Assembly: GCA_964352335.1 (NCBI GenBank)
Contig: CAYGRO010000007.1
Coordinates: 361-64,360, forward strand
DNA: 64,000 bases
Direction: 5' to 3'
Origin: an uncultured Gammaproteobacteria bacterium
GTDB taxonomy: Bacteria > Patescibacteriota > Patescibacteriia > VMEV01 > CAYQCH01
Positions 36,047 to 45,529 of this stretch are shown one piece after another. Every line of letters begins with the position of its first letter. Position 1 is the first letter of the stretch. Made by a program: the position numbers and the translations under genes. The notes beneath the pieces were generated by a model that did no database searches, had not been told where the DNA came from, and saw nothing but the letters and a program-made list of their open reading frames with translations.

Positions 36047-37069
36047 ATGGCTAAACAAGCAATTTTTGAAAAAAAGAATATTCTTGTCACAGGGGGGGCA
36101 GGGTTTATTGGTTCTCATCTTTGTGATGAATTAATCAATCGTGGAAAAGTAATTTGTGTCGATAATTTTGTTTCTAGTAGTCAGTCGAATATCGATCATC
36201 TCTTACAGAATCCAAATTTTATTTTCATCAACCATGATATTACACAACCTTTAGATTTAACGGCTTATCCAGAATTAGAAAGATTTCGAGTTGAATTTCA
36301 AGGTGTGCAAGAAGTGTATCATTTAGCTTGTCCAACAAGTCCAAAGAATTTTGAACAAGTTCGAGTTCAAACAATGGATGCAAATACACTTGGTGTGAAA
36401 AATATGTTGGATTTAGCAAAGCAATATAATGCTCGATTTCTTTTTGCATCTTCTTCTGTTGTTTACGGGGATCGCCCAAAAGAAGACCCCTATTTTCATG
36501 AAGGAGTTGTTGGGACATTAGATCAAAATAGTCCAAGAGCTGTTTATGACTTAGGAAAAAAGTTTGCAGAAACAATGGTCATGACCTATCAAGAAGCATT
36601 TGGATTAAAAACACGTATTGCGAGAATTTTTAGAACCTATGGCCCAAGAATGATGTTAAATGACGGAAGAATGGTTCCAGATTTTATTACAAATGCCTTA
36701 AAAGGAGATGAGCTGGTCATTTATGGTGATGATGACTTTAGTACATCACTTTGTTATGTTTCTGATATTGTTGACGGACTAGTACGATTGATGGAAATAA
36801 ATGAAGATCATTTAACAGTAAATTTAGGAAGCGACCAAAATCTACCATTGGTAGAAGTTGCTCAAAAGGTTATTGCATTATCAAACTCAGCTTCATCTAT
36901 TCGATTTGAACCACCCTTATTGTTTATGTCACCATTGGGGTTACCAATTATCACGAGAGCAAAAGATGAATTTGGCTGGATACCGATTGTGACACTAGAA
37001 AATGGGCTAATACAAACGATTAACTATGCCAAAGCCGAACGTTCTCGTTTAGGGGCTAGCATGCGCTAA
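36047..37069 (+). CDS. NAD-dependent epimerase/dehydratase (UDP-glucuronate decarboxylase-like)
   Basis: ILVTGGAGFIGSHL Rossmann, YxxxK; 340 aa. Confidence 0.75.
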   Translation: MAKQAIFEKKNILVTGGAGFIGSHLCDELINRGKVICVDNFVSSSQSNIDHLLQNPNFIFINHDITQPLDLTAYPELERFRVEFQGVQEVYHLACPTSPKNFEQVRVQTMDANTLGVKNMLDLAKQYNARFLFASSSVVYGDRPKEDPYFHEGVVGTLDQNSPRAVYDLGKKFAETMVMTYQEAFGLKTRIARIFRTYGPRMMLNDGRMVPDFITNALKGDELVIYGDDDFSTSLCYVSDIVDGLVRLMEINEDHLTVNLGSDQNLPLVEVAQKVIALSNSASSIRFEPPLLFMSPLGLPIITRAKDEFGWIPIVTLENGLIQTINYAKAERSRLGASMR

Positions 37070-37127
37070 TAAAGGGGCTTCTATTGATGATATTAGCTTC
37101 ATTTGCTAATCTGACGAGCATAAAACT

Positions 37128-37796
37128 ATGAAAGTAACTGCCGTTATTCCAGCATATAATGAAGAACAAATGATTCAAGAAGTCATTGATTTAGTACGGC
37201 CTCATGTAGATGAGGTCATTGTTATTGATGATGGCTCAAAAGATCAAACCTATGAAAATGCAAAAGATTCTGGAGCTGTCGTTACTCGTCATCTTATAAA
37301 TAGAGGACAAGGTGCTGCTTTGCAAACAGGGATGGATTTGGCTTTATATAGAGGAGCAGACTATATTGTTCATTTTGATTCTGATGGTCAACATCCTCAA
37401 GACCAGATTAAAGATTTACTCGCTCCATTACAAACAGGGGATTACGATATCGTAACTGGGTCTCGTTTTTTAGATCAAACATCAAATATTCCAAAAGTAC
37501 GTAAGCTCGTTTTAACAGGTGGGGCTTTGTTTACTCGTTTAATGAGCGGATTAAAAGTAACAGATTCGCATAATGGGTTTAGAGCATTAAATAAAAAAGC
37601 TGCGACACTTATTCAATTGCGACAAGATAGAATGGCTCATGCTTCTGAATTAATCCAATTAGTTGCGCGCCATGAATTGAGGCATAAAGAAGTACCTGTG
37701 ACTATTACCTATACAGATTATTCTATGGCAAAGGGGCAGAGTTCTTGGAATGCTATTAAAATTGTCATTGATCTCATTAAAGGGTCAATGTTGTAA
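37128..37796 (+). CDS. GT2 glycosyltransferase (dolichyl/polyprenyl-phosphate sugar synthase-like)
   Basis: VIPAYNEE, DDGSKD, DxD context; 222 aa. Confidence 0.8.
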   Translation: MKVTAVIPAYNEEQMIQEVIDLVRPHVDEVIVIDDGSKDQTYENAKDSGAVVTRHLINRGQGAALQTGMDLALYRGADYIVHFDSDGQHPQDQIKDLLAPLQTGDYDIVTGSRFLDQTSNIPKVRKLVLTGGALFTRLMSGLKVTDSHNGFRALNKKAATLIQLRQDRMAHASELIQLVARHELRHKEVPVTITYTDYSMAKGQSSWNAIKIVIDLIKGSML

Positions 37797-37828
37797 GGGT
37801 TTATTTCAGGTCAAATGTTAAAGGTAAA

Positions 37829-38218
37829 TTGTATTCATCTATGTTGATTTTCCAGATTATTGCCAGCGTTTTTATCCTCTTTGCGATGCAAAGAATTTTA
37901 ACGAGGTATAAACAAGCAAGAGTACCTAAAAGCGAGGTATTGATCTGGCTTTTATTTTGGTTTTTCGTGGCAATTGCTGTTTGGTGGCCACGTGGAACAG
38001 ATCTTATTGCTAATGCCCTAGGAATTAGTCGTGGATATGAATTAGTCGTTGCTGTTTCATTGGCATTACTCTTTTTCATGGTTTTTAAGCTCTTTACCCA
38101 TGTGCATCAATTGCACGCTCAAATGACCGATCTCGTGCGAAAATTGGCTATTCAGCAACAAGAAGAGAAGAAAGTTACTTCATTTGATGGGTCTAAAAAA
38201 AGCGATCTACAAAATTAG
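37829..38218 (+). CDS. DUF2304-like small membrane protein
   Basis: 129 aa, 3 TM, follows GT2 gene as in many polyprenyl-P glycosyltransferase loci. Confidence 0.5.
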   Translation: MYSSMLIFQIIASVFILFAMQRILTRYKQARVPKSEVLIWLLFWFFVAIAVWWPRGTDLIANALGISRGYELVVAVSLALLFFMVFKLFTHVHQLHAQMTDLVRKLAIQQQEEKKVTSFDGSKKSDLQN

Positions 38219-38226
38219 GACAATAC

Positions 38227-39318
38227 TTGGTTATGAATGTTATGAAAAAAGTAAAAGTCGTCAGCGTTATCGTTACTTATAATGCGTATAAAGGAGGCTT
38301 TTTTCCTCGTTGTTTAGAACATTTAGACTTGATTGAATTAAAGAATGATCAATTTGAAATAGATCATCATATTATCGTTGTTGACTCAGCTTCTTCTGAT
38401 CAAACACCTGAAAAAATTAAACAGTCTCATTCACAGATCCAGGTAATCGCAAGTGAGAAAAATTTAGGATATGCAGGAGGGAATAATCTCGGGTTTGAGG
38501 AGGCTCAAAAAATGGGGGCTGACTATATTGCTATTATCACACAAGATGTTTATATCAAGCCACAATGGCTTTTAGAAGCACTTAAAGTCGCTGAATCTGA
38601 TAAATCTATTGGTATTGTTCAACCTTTATTGCTTTTATGGCCTCAAAGAGATCGAATTAATTCAACAGGAAATGCGATTCACTTTTTAGGGTATGGATAT
38701 GCACGAGGATATCAAGATTCTTTAGTTGATTATCGTAATTCTGGGATCGAAGAAATCCCATATTCTAGTGGTGCTGTTTTTCTGTATTCCATGAATGCTT
38801 ATCGAGCCATTGGAGGATTTGATGAAGAGATGTGGATGTATAATGAAGATCAAGATTTGGGTTGGAGACTTCTTTTGGCTGGGTATAAAAGTGTACTAGC
38901 GCCAAATAGTCGAGCCTATCATCAATACGAATTTTCTCGAAGTATTACCAAAATGTATTATATGGATAGAAATAGATTGATAGTCATCTTTCAAAACTAC
39001 CATATTGCAACTCTGCTTATCATTTTTAAAGCCCTCTTTTTAAATGAATTAGCTGGTTTCGTTTTAGCTTGGCGCGGAGGGTGGTTAAAAGAGAAGCTTG
39101 CTGTCTGGAAGTACTTTTTAAAACCTCAAAGTTGGAAACTGATTTTACAGAAACGAAGGCTCAGGCAAGCAAATAGGGTAGTGAAAGACAAAGATCTTAT
39201 TAAGCACTTCACAGGGCAAATTTTATTTCAAGATGTCATGAACCCTCTTATAAAATATCTTGCGAATCCTATTTTGGGTCTCTATTATTGGGTAGTAAAA
39301 TTGATCATTTTTTGGTAA
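38227..39318 (+). CDS. GT2 glycosyltransferase
   Basis: VSVIVTYN…, VVDSASSDQT, DxD region; 363 aa. Confidence 0.7.
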   Translation: MVMNVMKKVKVVSVIVTYNAYKGGFFPRCLEHLDLIELKNDQFEIDHHIIVVDSASSDQTPEKIKQSHSQIQVIASEKNLGYAGGNNLGFEEAQKMGADYIAIITQDVYIKPQWLLEALKVAESDKSIGIVQPLLLLWPQRDRINSTGNAIHFLGYGYARGYQDSLVDYRNSGIEEIPYSSGAVFLYSMNAYRAIGGFDEEMWMYNEDQDLGWRLLLAGYKSVLAPNSRAYHQYEFSRSITKMYYMDRNRLIVIFQNYHIATLLIIFKALFLNELAGFVLAWRGGWLKEKLAVWKYFLKPQSWKLILQKRRLRQANRVVKDKDLIKHFTGQILFQDVMNPLIKYLANPILGLYYWVVKLIIFW

Positions 39319-39357
39319 ATAAAAAATGTATTCAAGGGCTTTAGAAACTCTCTGTTA

Positions 39358-40485
39358 TTGAATAATATACGTATGCATATCTCTCATATCGTCTCAACAT
39401 ATCCTCCGTATAAGGGAGGGATGGGAAATGTTGCATTTGAAATGGTAAAAGGATTAAAGAAAAAGGGCTATAAAACAAGTGTTTTGACGCCTAATTACCC
39501 TCAAGGGTTAACTCAACAATACGATGCAGACATTATCAAATTGGATCCAGTGTTTTCTTATGGGAATTCTGCTTTTGTACCAAGTTTGTATTCACATCTA
39601 AAAAAGACAAATCTTATTCATTTGCATTATCCCTTTTTTGGAGGGGCAGAAACGGTTGCCTTCTTCAAGAGAAATCACCCAGATATTCCTCTTGTCATTT
39701 CTTATCATATGGATGTGCAGGGAGCTGGATTACTCAAGGCTTTTTTTCAAATCTACAGAAAAACGTTTTTCCCATGGATTATGAATAAAGCCGATACAAT
39801 TATTGTTTCCTCAAAAGATTATACTCAAGCTTCAAATTTTTTGAGTCTTGTGAAGCAAAAGAATATTATTGAACTTCCGTTTGGGGCAGATAATATCTAT
39901 CAACCTAGTTCAAGAAAACTTGATTTAGGAAAAGTACAACTACTCTTTGTTGGTGGATTAGATAAAGCTCATTATTTTAAAGGACTACATAATTTACTTA
40001 ATGCGCTTGGTCAATTACAGAAACAATCAGCAGATTTCCACCTCTCTATTGTCGGTGACGGAGATTTACGAGAATCGTACGAATTAACCGTTAGAAAAAA
40101 TAATCTTAAAGAGAAAGTGACATTTAGAGGGAAGTTAAATGATGCTGATTTAGTAAAAGCCTATCAACAAGCAGATTGTACGATTTTGCCTTCTGTTGAT
40201 AGATCAGAGGCATTTGGCCTTGTTTTAATTGAGTCTATGGCTTGCGGGACGCCTGTTATTGCTTCAAATCTCCCTGGAGTAAGAAGCGTTGTAGACCATG
40301 GCAAGACTGGCTTTTTGGTTGAGCCAAATAATGTGCAAGAATTAGCAAATCAAGTAAAGAAATTAATGGAGGATAAATCACTTCGACAAGAAATGTCGCA
40401 AAATGCAATAAATAAGGTAGAAACAGATTATCGATGGCCAAAAGTCATAGATCAATTAGATGTTGTTTACAAATCACTTTTATGA
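39358..40485 (+). CDS. GT4 (GT-B) glycosyltransferase
   Basis: C-terminal EAFGLVLIESMACGTPVIAS…GKTGFLVEP motif. Confidence 0.8.
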   Translation: MNNIRMHISHIVSTYPPYKGGMGNVAFEMVKGLKKKGYKTSVLTPNYPQGLTQQYDADIIKLDPVFSYGNSAFVPSLYSHLKKTNLIHLHYPFFGGAETVAFFKRNHPDIPLVISYHMDVQGAGLLKAFFQIYRKTFFPWIMNKADTIIVSSKDYTQASNFLSLVKQKNIIELPFGADNIYQPSSRKLDLGKVQLLFVGGLDKAHYFKGLHNLLNALGQLQKQSADFHLSIVGDGDLRESYELTVRKNNLKEKVTFRGKLNDADLVKAYQQADCTILPSVDRSEAFGLVLIESMACGTPVIASNLPGVRSVVDHGKTGFLVEPNNVQELANQVKKLMEDKSLRQEMSQNAINKVETDYRWPKVIDQLDVVYKSLL

Positions 40486-41678
40486 AACTAGTTTTGATTA
40501 CCAATTTATATGAGCCATATGCTCGAGGTGGGGCAGAAGTAATTGTAAAACGCACTGCTTTAGAGCTTTTAAAATTAGGGCATGATGTTTCAATCATTAC
40601 AGCTAAGCCTTGGTCTGGTCTATCCTCGTTAAAGCCAGAGAAAGAAGAAATGAATAATGGGATAAAAATGATCCGCTATTATCCTTTAAATATCTTTTTC
40701 TATCGTAATGATGGTAATTGGCCGCTATTTTTTAGGTTTATTTGGCATTTCTTTGACCTTGTTAATGTTGTTTCAGCAATAACCGTTAAAAAGATTTTAC
40801 TAAGCGAAAAACCTGATCTTATTCTTACCCATAATTTAATTGGGCTCGGTTTTTTACTTCCCAAGGTTATTAAACAAACGAAGATAAAACACATCCATGT
40901 TTTACATGATATTCAATTAGCTATTCGCTCAGGGGTTATGAAACAAGGAGAGGAGCAAGCCTGGTTTGTCTCTGGTTTCATTGCTCGAATGTATCAAGGG
41001 ATTGTAAAAGCATTATTTGGCTCACCTGATATTTGTATTTCTCCATCAAAATTTTTACGAGATTTTTATGAAAAATTAGGCTATTTCCCAGACTCTCAAA
41101 AAGAAGTTATTCAAAATCCAATCGATCAACTGTTTTTCGAAGGTCAGCAATCAAAAAATAGAGCGGGTACAGAAGGGAATACTTCATTTGGGTATATAGG
41201 ACAATTAGTTGAGCATAAAGGCTTAAAAACTCTTTTAAAGGCCTTTTTAAGTATTACTGATCCCTCTATTCGTCTAGAAATTGTTGGTTCTGGTGCTATG
41301 GAAGAAGAAATCAAAGATTGTGCTAATAAAGATACTCGAATTACTTTTCATGGACGTATTCCAAATGAAGAATTACCAGCTTTTTATCAATCAATTGATG
41401 TAACTCTCGTGCCAACAGAAACGTATGAAAATTCACCAACCGTGGTTTTTGAATCCTTGGCTTCTGGTAAGCCTGTGATTGTTTCGTCAATCGGAGGGGC
41501 TGCAGAGATGATTGATGAAGGGAAAAATGGGTTTGTCTTTAAACCAGGGGATAGCAAAGAACTTTCGGAAAAAATACGAGACATTATAAAAGTGCAAGAA
41601 AAAATGCAGGACTATTGTTTACGATTAGCTGGCGAGCTAGAAAAAAGAGAGTATGCAAAACGTATTTTAAGCATTTAA
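40482..41678 (+). CDS. GT4 (GT-B) glycosyltransferase
   Basis: Start ATGA overlaps upstream stop; ENSPTVVFESLASGKPVIVSSIGG…GKNGFVFKP. Confidence 0.75.
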   Translation: MKLVLITNLYEPYARGGAEVIVKRTALELLKLGHDVSIITAKPWSGLSSLKPEKEEMNNGIKMIRYYPLNIFFYRNDGNWPLFFRFIWHFFDLVNVVSAITVKKILLSEKPDLILTHNLIGLGFLLPKVIKQTKIKHIHVLHDIQLAIRSGVMKQGEEQAWFVSGFIARMYQGIVKALFGSPDICISPSKFLRDFYEKLGYFPDSQKEVIQNPIDQLFFEGQQSKNRAGTEGNTSFGYIGQLVEHKGLKTLLKAFLSITDPSIRLEIVGSGAMEEEIKDCANKDTRITFHGRIPNEELPAFYQSIDVTLVPTETYENSPTVVFESLASGKPVIVSSIGGAAEMIDEGKNGFVFKPGDSKELSEKIRDIIKVQEKMQDYCLRLAGELEKREYAKRILSI

Positions 41679-41702
41679 CAATCTAGTCTTTTGATAGTTT
41701 GC

Positions 41703-42146
41703 CTAAAGTTTTTTAAGAAAATGAACGACTCTTGCTGATTCTTTATATCCAATTTCTTCATGAAAAGCATGGCTGTTTTTATTACTTAAATCCGCGTCAG
41801 AACCCATTTCTGTGCAACCACTGTGTTTTGCCCAGGTTTCAATAAGCTCAACAAGTTTTTTTGCAATACCTTGTTTGCGATATTCCTTTTTTACAAAAAT
41901 ACCTTCGATATAACCAACATTTCGTGTTTCTGCTCCTTCAACATAATCAGTACGAATAGATGCATTAATGAAAGCAATAGGGGTATTATCTTGATCTAAA
42001 CAGAGATAACTTCGGTATTGTTCAGGTGTTTGAAGTTGTTGTTTGAATTCTGCTTCCAATTCTTTTTTATCTTGTTCAGGCCAAAGCTCATGGGCAAGGT
42101 TAACCCAAGGGGTGAGGTGGTCGATTCCTATTTGATGATAAGTCAT
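41703..42146 (-). CDS. GNAT family N-acetyltransferase
   Basis: Acetyl-CoA motif YRKQGIAKKLVELIETWAK; probable start MTYHQIG. Confidence 0.7.
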   Translation of the reverse strand: MTYHQIGIDHLTPWVNLAHELWPEQDKKELEAEFKQQLQTPEQYRSYLCLDQDNTPIAFINASIRTDYVEGAETRNVGYIEGIFVKKEYRKQGIAKKLVELIETWAKHSGCTEMGSDADLSNKNSHAFHEEIGYKESARVVHFLKKL

Positions 42147-42151
42147 AGAGG

Positions 42152-44302
42152 TTAAAATCGGTAAGTAAATATAGTATTTATCCCACCATCTATCTCTATC
42201 CATTCATTCGCTTGTAGTTTTGCTTGTTCTTTTATTTGTGCGGCATTATCCCAATAATTATTTAGGACAAAATAAACCGTATCAACCCCCGTTAATTCAA
42301 CGGCCTTTTCGGCATTTTCTCTACTAGGGGTATCATAAACCATATTTAAATAGAGGTTGTATAAAGGGCTTGACGTTGGAATAGGGTAGTAAAAAATGGT
42401 TTGGTTATCATCTGTCTTAAAATAGGTTTGAAACCCGAATTCTTTAATCGCTGCCGCAGAGACACTTTGATTAGCTAATACCACAAAATTTGTCTTTTTT
42501 TCTCCAATCTTTTTTACTGTTGAAAGATCCGTTGCGCTTACACTATATTGTCTACCTAATTCATAACGATTATTTCTTGGGTAAGAAGCAAAGACGACTC
42601 CTGTGATAATCCAAGCCAGTGAAAAAGCAAAAATAAGTTGTTCATATTTATATTGTTCAATGCGTCTCCATAACCAAATCAGAGCAATGATAAGTAATGG
42701 AGAAGCGGCTAAAAATGCTGTATGAAAGAGTCTTCCAGCATATGCTTGGTTTTCATATTGAATAAGACCAGGAAAGCTAATAAATGTAGACAAGAGAATT
42801 GCATTGAATAAAAAAATAAGAGCGCTTAATCCATAAACACGTAAATAACTATACCGAGACCGCAATGCTAACCAATAAACCATGATGAAGACAATCAAAG
42901 TAAGCATCCACCAAATATTTTCTTGAATAAAGTATCCAAATTCAAAAAAGAATGAACGATACTGGTTTTCAGCAAGAAAAGGCCTTATCGGCAGCCATGC
43001 AAAGACATCGGAGAGTTGTACTTCAGATAGGGGTTTAACGATCGCACCTAATTGTGGGGAAAGCTTTCCATTAATAAAAAAGATTAATGGCATAACAAGG
43101 CTTCCAATAGCAACAACAGAAAAAACAATCATTCGATGTATCCATGGTAAATGATGTATTCTTGTTCGGTAAAGTTCATGTGTAAGCAATGTAAGAAAGA
43201 GAATTGATGGGATTCCAGCAAGTGGGTGAATAACCGCAGAAGTAATTCCCATCATCCATAAAAACCAAAGTGGGATTGTATTTGAACGATAGGAAAGCAG
43301 GGTAAACGAACCAATGACAATAAAAAGAAATAAGATACTTGCTAAACCTTGTGGGGTCGTGCTGATAAAAAAAGAAAACGGAATACAGAGATAAACAAGA
43401 CTAAGCCAGAGAGATGATTTTGTAATCGGTTTTTCTTCAATTGCTTGATAGGACCATTCTGATAAAAAAAGTGGGATACCAAATGCTGCTAAAAGGGGAA
43501 CGAGTAATTTATCTGCCCAAAGTAAAGAAAAGCCAAGCAGTTTATTTAATGAAACGATAAGCGCGTATTGGCCAATATAATAAGGTGTTTTGGGTAAGAC
43601 TAATCCGGTATCTGCAATGAGTGTTTGTGCTTCTTGATGAATAAATGGATCAAAACCATAACCAATTTTGTAGACAATTAGTGCAATGCCATAACAGAGG
43701 AATAAATGGAAGGAAACAAGAAAATAACTAATAACCTTCTGTTTGATCTTCCAAAGGGATAAAATCCATATAAGAGTACAAAGAAAAAACAACCCCCAAA
43801 AATTAGGGGAAAGAGTATTCCAAGGGGAAGTAATTGCTTCAGTAGTTTGTCCTTGGAAAAGTTGAATCAATAGCCAAAATAGGAGTACGAGATAGGTTCC
43901 GATAAGGAGTATCTTTGGAGTTGATTTTCTTAAGGAAATAAAAGGTGGATCTAAGGTAAGTTGAGATTGTTTTCCAGAAGAGTTTTTTAATAAGAAAATA
44001 CCAATAATTGGAAGGCAAAGAAAAACCAGAGCTTGTCCACCAGCTGAAAGGTCCCATAAATAATATTGTATAGATCCAATTAAACTAAGTGATACCAATA
44101 AGAGCAATAGCGCAAAGCTAAGTTGAAAAACAAGATGTCTCTTAGGCATGAGTTCTTGTCCCCAAAGGAGAAGTTGAAAAAAAACAAAGACGCCACCAAA
44201 TAAAGAAGCGACCCAAGAATTATTCCAAACAAAGAGGTTTAAAATAACAGGGAGTAAAAGCCCATAGGAGACTATGGTATACTGAAACAAAGATAATGGC
44301 AT
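42152..44302 (-). CDS. Large polytopic membrane protein (716 aa), putative GT-C-type glycosyltransferase/polymerase
   Basis: ~14 TM helices then ~170-aa soluble C-terminal domain; within glycan cluster. Confidence 0.45.
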   Translation of the reverse strand: MPLSLFQYTIVSYGLLLPVILNLFVWNNSWVASLFGGVFVFFQLLLWGQELMPKRHLVFQLSFALLLLLVSLSLIGSIQYYLWDLSAGGQALVFLCLPIIGIFLLKNSSGKQSQLTLDPPFISLRKSTPKILLIGTYLVLLFWLLIQLFQGQTTEAITSPWNTLSPNFWGLFFLCTLIWILSLWKIKQKVISYFLVSFHLFLCYGIALIVYKIGYGFDPFIHQEAQTLIADTGLVLPKTPYYIGQYALIVSLNKLLGFSLLWADKLLVPLLAAFGIPLFLSEWSYQAIEEKPITKSSLWLSLVYLCIPFSFFISTTPQGLASILFLFIVIGSFTLLSYRSNTIPLWFLWMMGITSAVIHPLAGIPSILFLTLLTHELYRTRIHHLPWIHRMIVFSVVAIGSLVMPLIFFINGKLSPQLGAIVKPLSEVQLSDVFAWLPIRPFLAENQYRSFFFEFGYFIQENIWWMLTLIVFIMVYWLALRSRYSYLRVYGLSALIFLFNAILLSTFISFPGLIQYENQAYAGRLFHTAFLAASPLLIIALIWLWRRIEQYKYEQLIFAFSLAWIITGVVFASYPRNNRYELGRQYSVSATDLSTVKKIGEKKTNFVVLANQSVSAAAIKEFGFQTYFKTDDNQTIFYYPIPTSSPLYNLYLNMVYDTPSRENAEKAVELTGVDTVYFVLNNYWDNAAQIKEQAKLQANEWIEIDGGINTIFTYRF

Positions 44303-44921
44303 GAAAATGTCACTTGTACTAAAGCTAAGATATTTATATTATAGCATTTCAAAAATTCATTGTCTTTGTTCTGTATTACTTATGATCATAATTCAGTCAC
44401 TCTATTTTGCCTTGCCAATGTATTTAGGAAATATGGCGCCAGTAGTTGTAAAAAAACTACCTTTTTTAGATAGACCTGTTGATGGTGGTGCATTACTAAA
44501 TGGCAAGCCACTTTTTGGGAAAAACAAAACATGGAGAGGAATCGTCTTTGCAATACTATTCGGAATTCTGGCGGTATATTTACAAAGATGGATTGGTATT
44601 TACTCGAGTTATTTCCACGATTTGGAATTGATCGACTATAGCAATAGTTTTGCTCTTTTCTTGGGCGGTGTTATGGGGCTAGGAGCGATTATCGGGGATT
44701 TGTTTAAAAGCTTTTTGAAACGAAGAATTGGTATAGCCTCCGGACGACCATGGGTTCCATTTGATCAAATTGATTTGGTTGTTGGTGGATTGTTTTTAAC
44801 CTCTTTTTTCTATTGGCCAGGTTGGAATTATGCACTTATCATTTTACTTATTACCCCTGTTTTACATTGGATAACTAATTTGTTCGCCTATTTATTAAAG
44901 CTAAAAGAAGTTCCATGGTAG
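44301..44921 (+). CDS. CarS-like CTP:alcohol cytidylyltransferase (DUF46/CDP-archaeol synthase family)
   Basis: GKNKTWRGIVFAILFG and GDLFKSFLKRRIGIASGRPWVPFDQIDLVVG resemble recalled CarS conserved blocks. Confidence 0.55.
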   Translation: MKMSLVLKLRYLYYSISKIHCLCSVLLMIIIQSLYFALPMYLGNMAPVVVKKLPFLDRPVDGGALLNGKPLFGKNKTWRGIVFAILFGILAVYLQRWIGIYSSYFHDLELIDYSNSFALFLGGVMGLGAIIGDLFKSFLKRRIGIASGRPWVPFDQIDLVVGGLFLTSFFYWPGWNYALIILLITPVLHWITNLFAYLLKLKEVPW

Positions 44922-45529
44922 AGAAAAAAATCGATCAATTAAATAAAGATGGTCAAGAGCTTAGAGCTATCACTCTTGCTCCTGTTTTTAAGTTTTTAAC
45001 AAAGTTGAAAATTCAAGCAAATGATATTACAGCGCTAAGATTACTTAGTTTACCTGTCTATCTTTATTTTATTGCTGATCACCCAGCAATTGCTGTGACA
45101 ACCTTGCTTATAGGGACATTTCTAGATTGGTTTGATGGTGGACTTGCACGCTACCAAAATAAGGCTTCTGATAGAGGAAAATTTTGGGATGTATTAGCTG
45201 ATCATACTATTTATGTTGTTGGGGTATTTGGCTTATTCTTTTTAAACACAATTTCACCAATCATTTTATCTTATCAATTGCTCATCGTTCCTATTCTGTA
45301 TTTACTTGCAACTATTGCCGCCGCTGAGTCAATGAAAACTGATTGGATCATTCATCCCTATTATCGAATTGTCTATTTCAAACCTTTTGGAATAGTCGCC
45401 ATGGTTCTTTATGCTTATTGGGGGGTGGACTATCTAGAAGAGACCATATATCTATTAAATATTGTCATGTCGGCATTGACCTTGTATTATATCTGGGTTC
45501 TACAAAAACGCTGGAAATCACATGACTAA
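44915..45529 (+). CDS. CDP-alcohol phosphatidyltransferase
   Basis: Exact family motif DG(x2)AR(x8)G(x3)D(x3)D: DWFDGGLARYQNKASDRGKFWDVLAD; overlaps upstream gene by 7 nt. Confidence 0.75.
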   Translation: MVEKKIDQLNKDGQELRAITLAPVFKFLTKLKIQANDITALRLLSLPVYLYFIADHPAIAVTTLLIGTFLDWFDGGLARYQNKASDRGKFWDVLADHTIYVVGVFGLFFLNTISPIILSYQLLIVPILYLLATIAAAESMKTDWIIHPYYRIVYFKPFGIVAMVLYAYWGVDYLEETIYLLNIVMSALTLYYIWVLQKRWKSHD

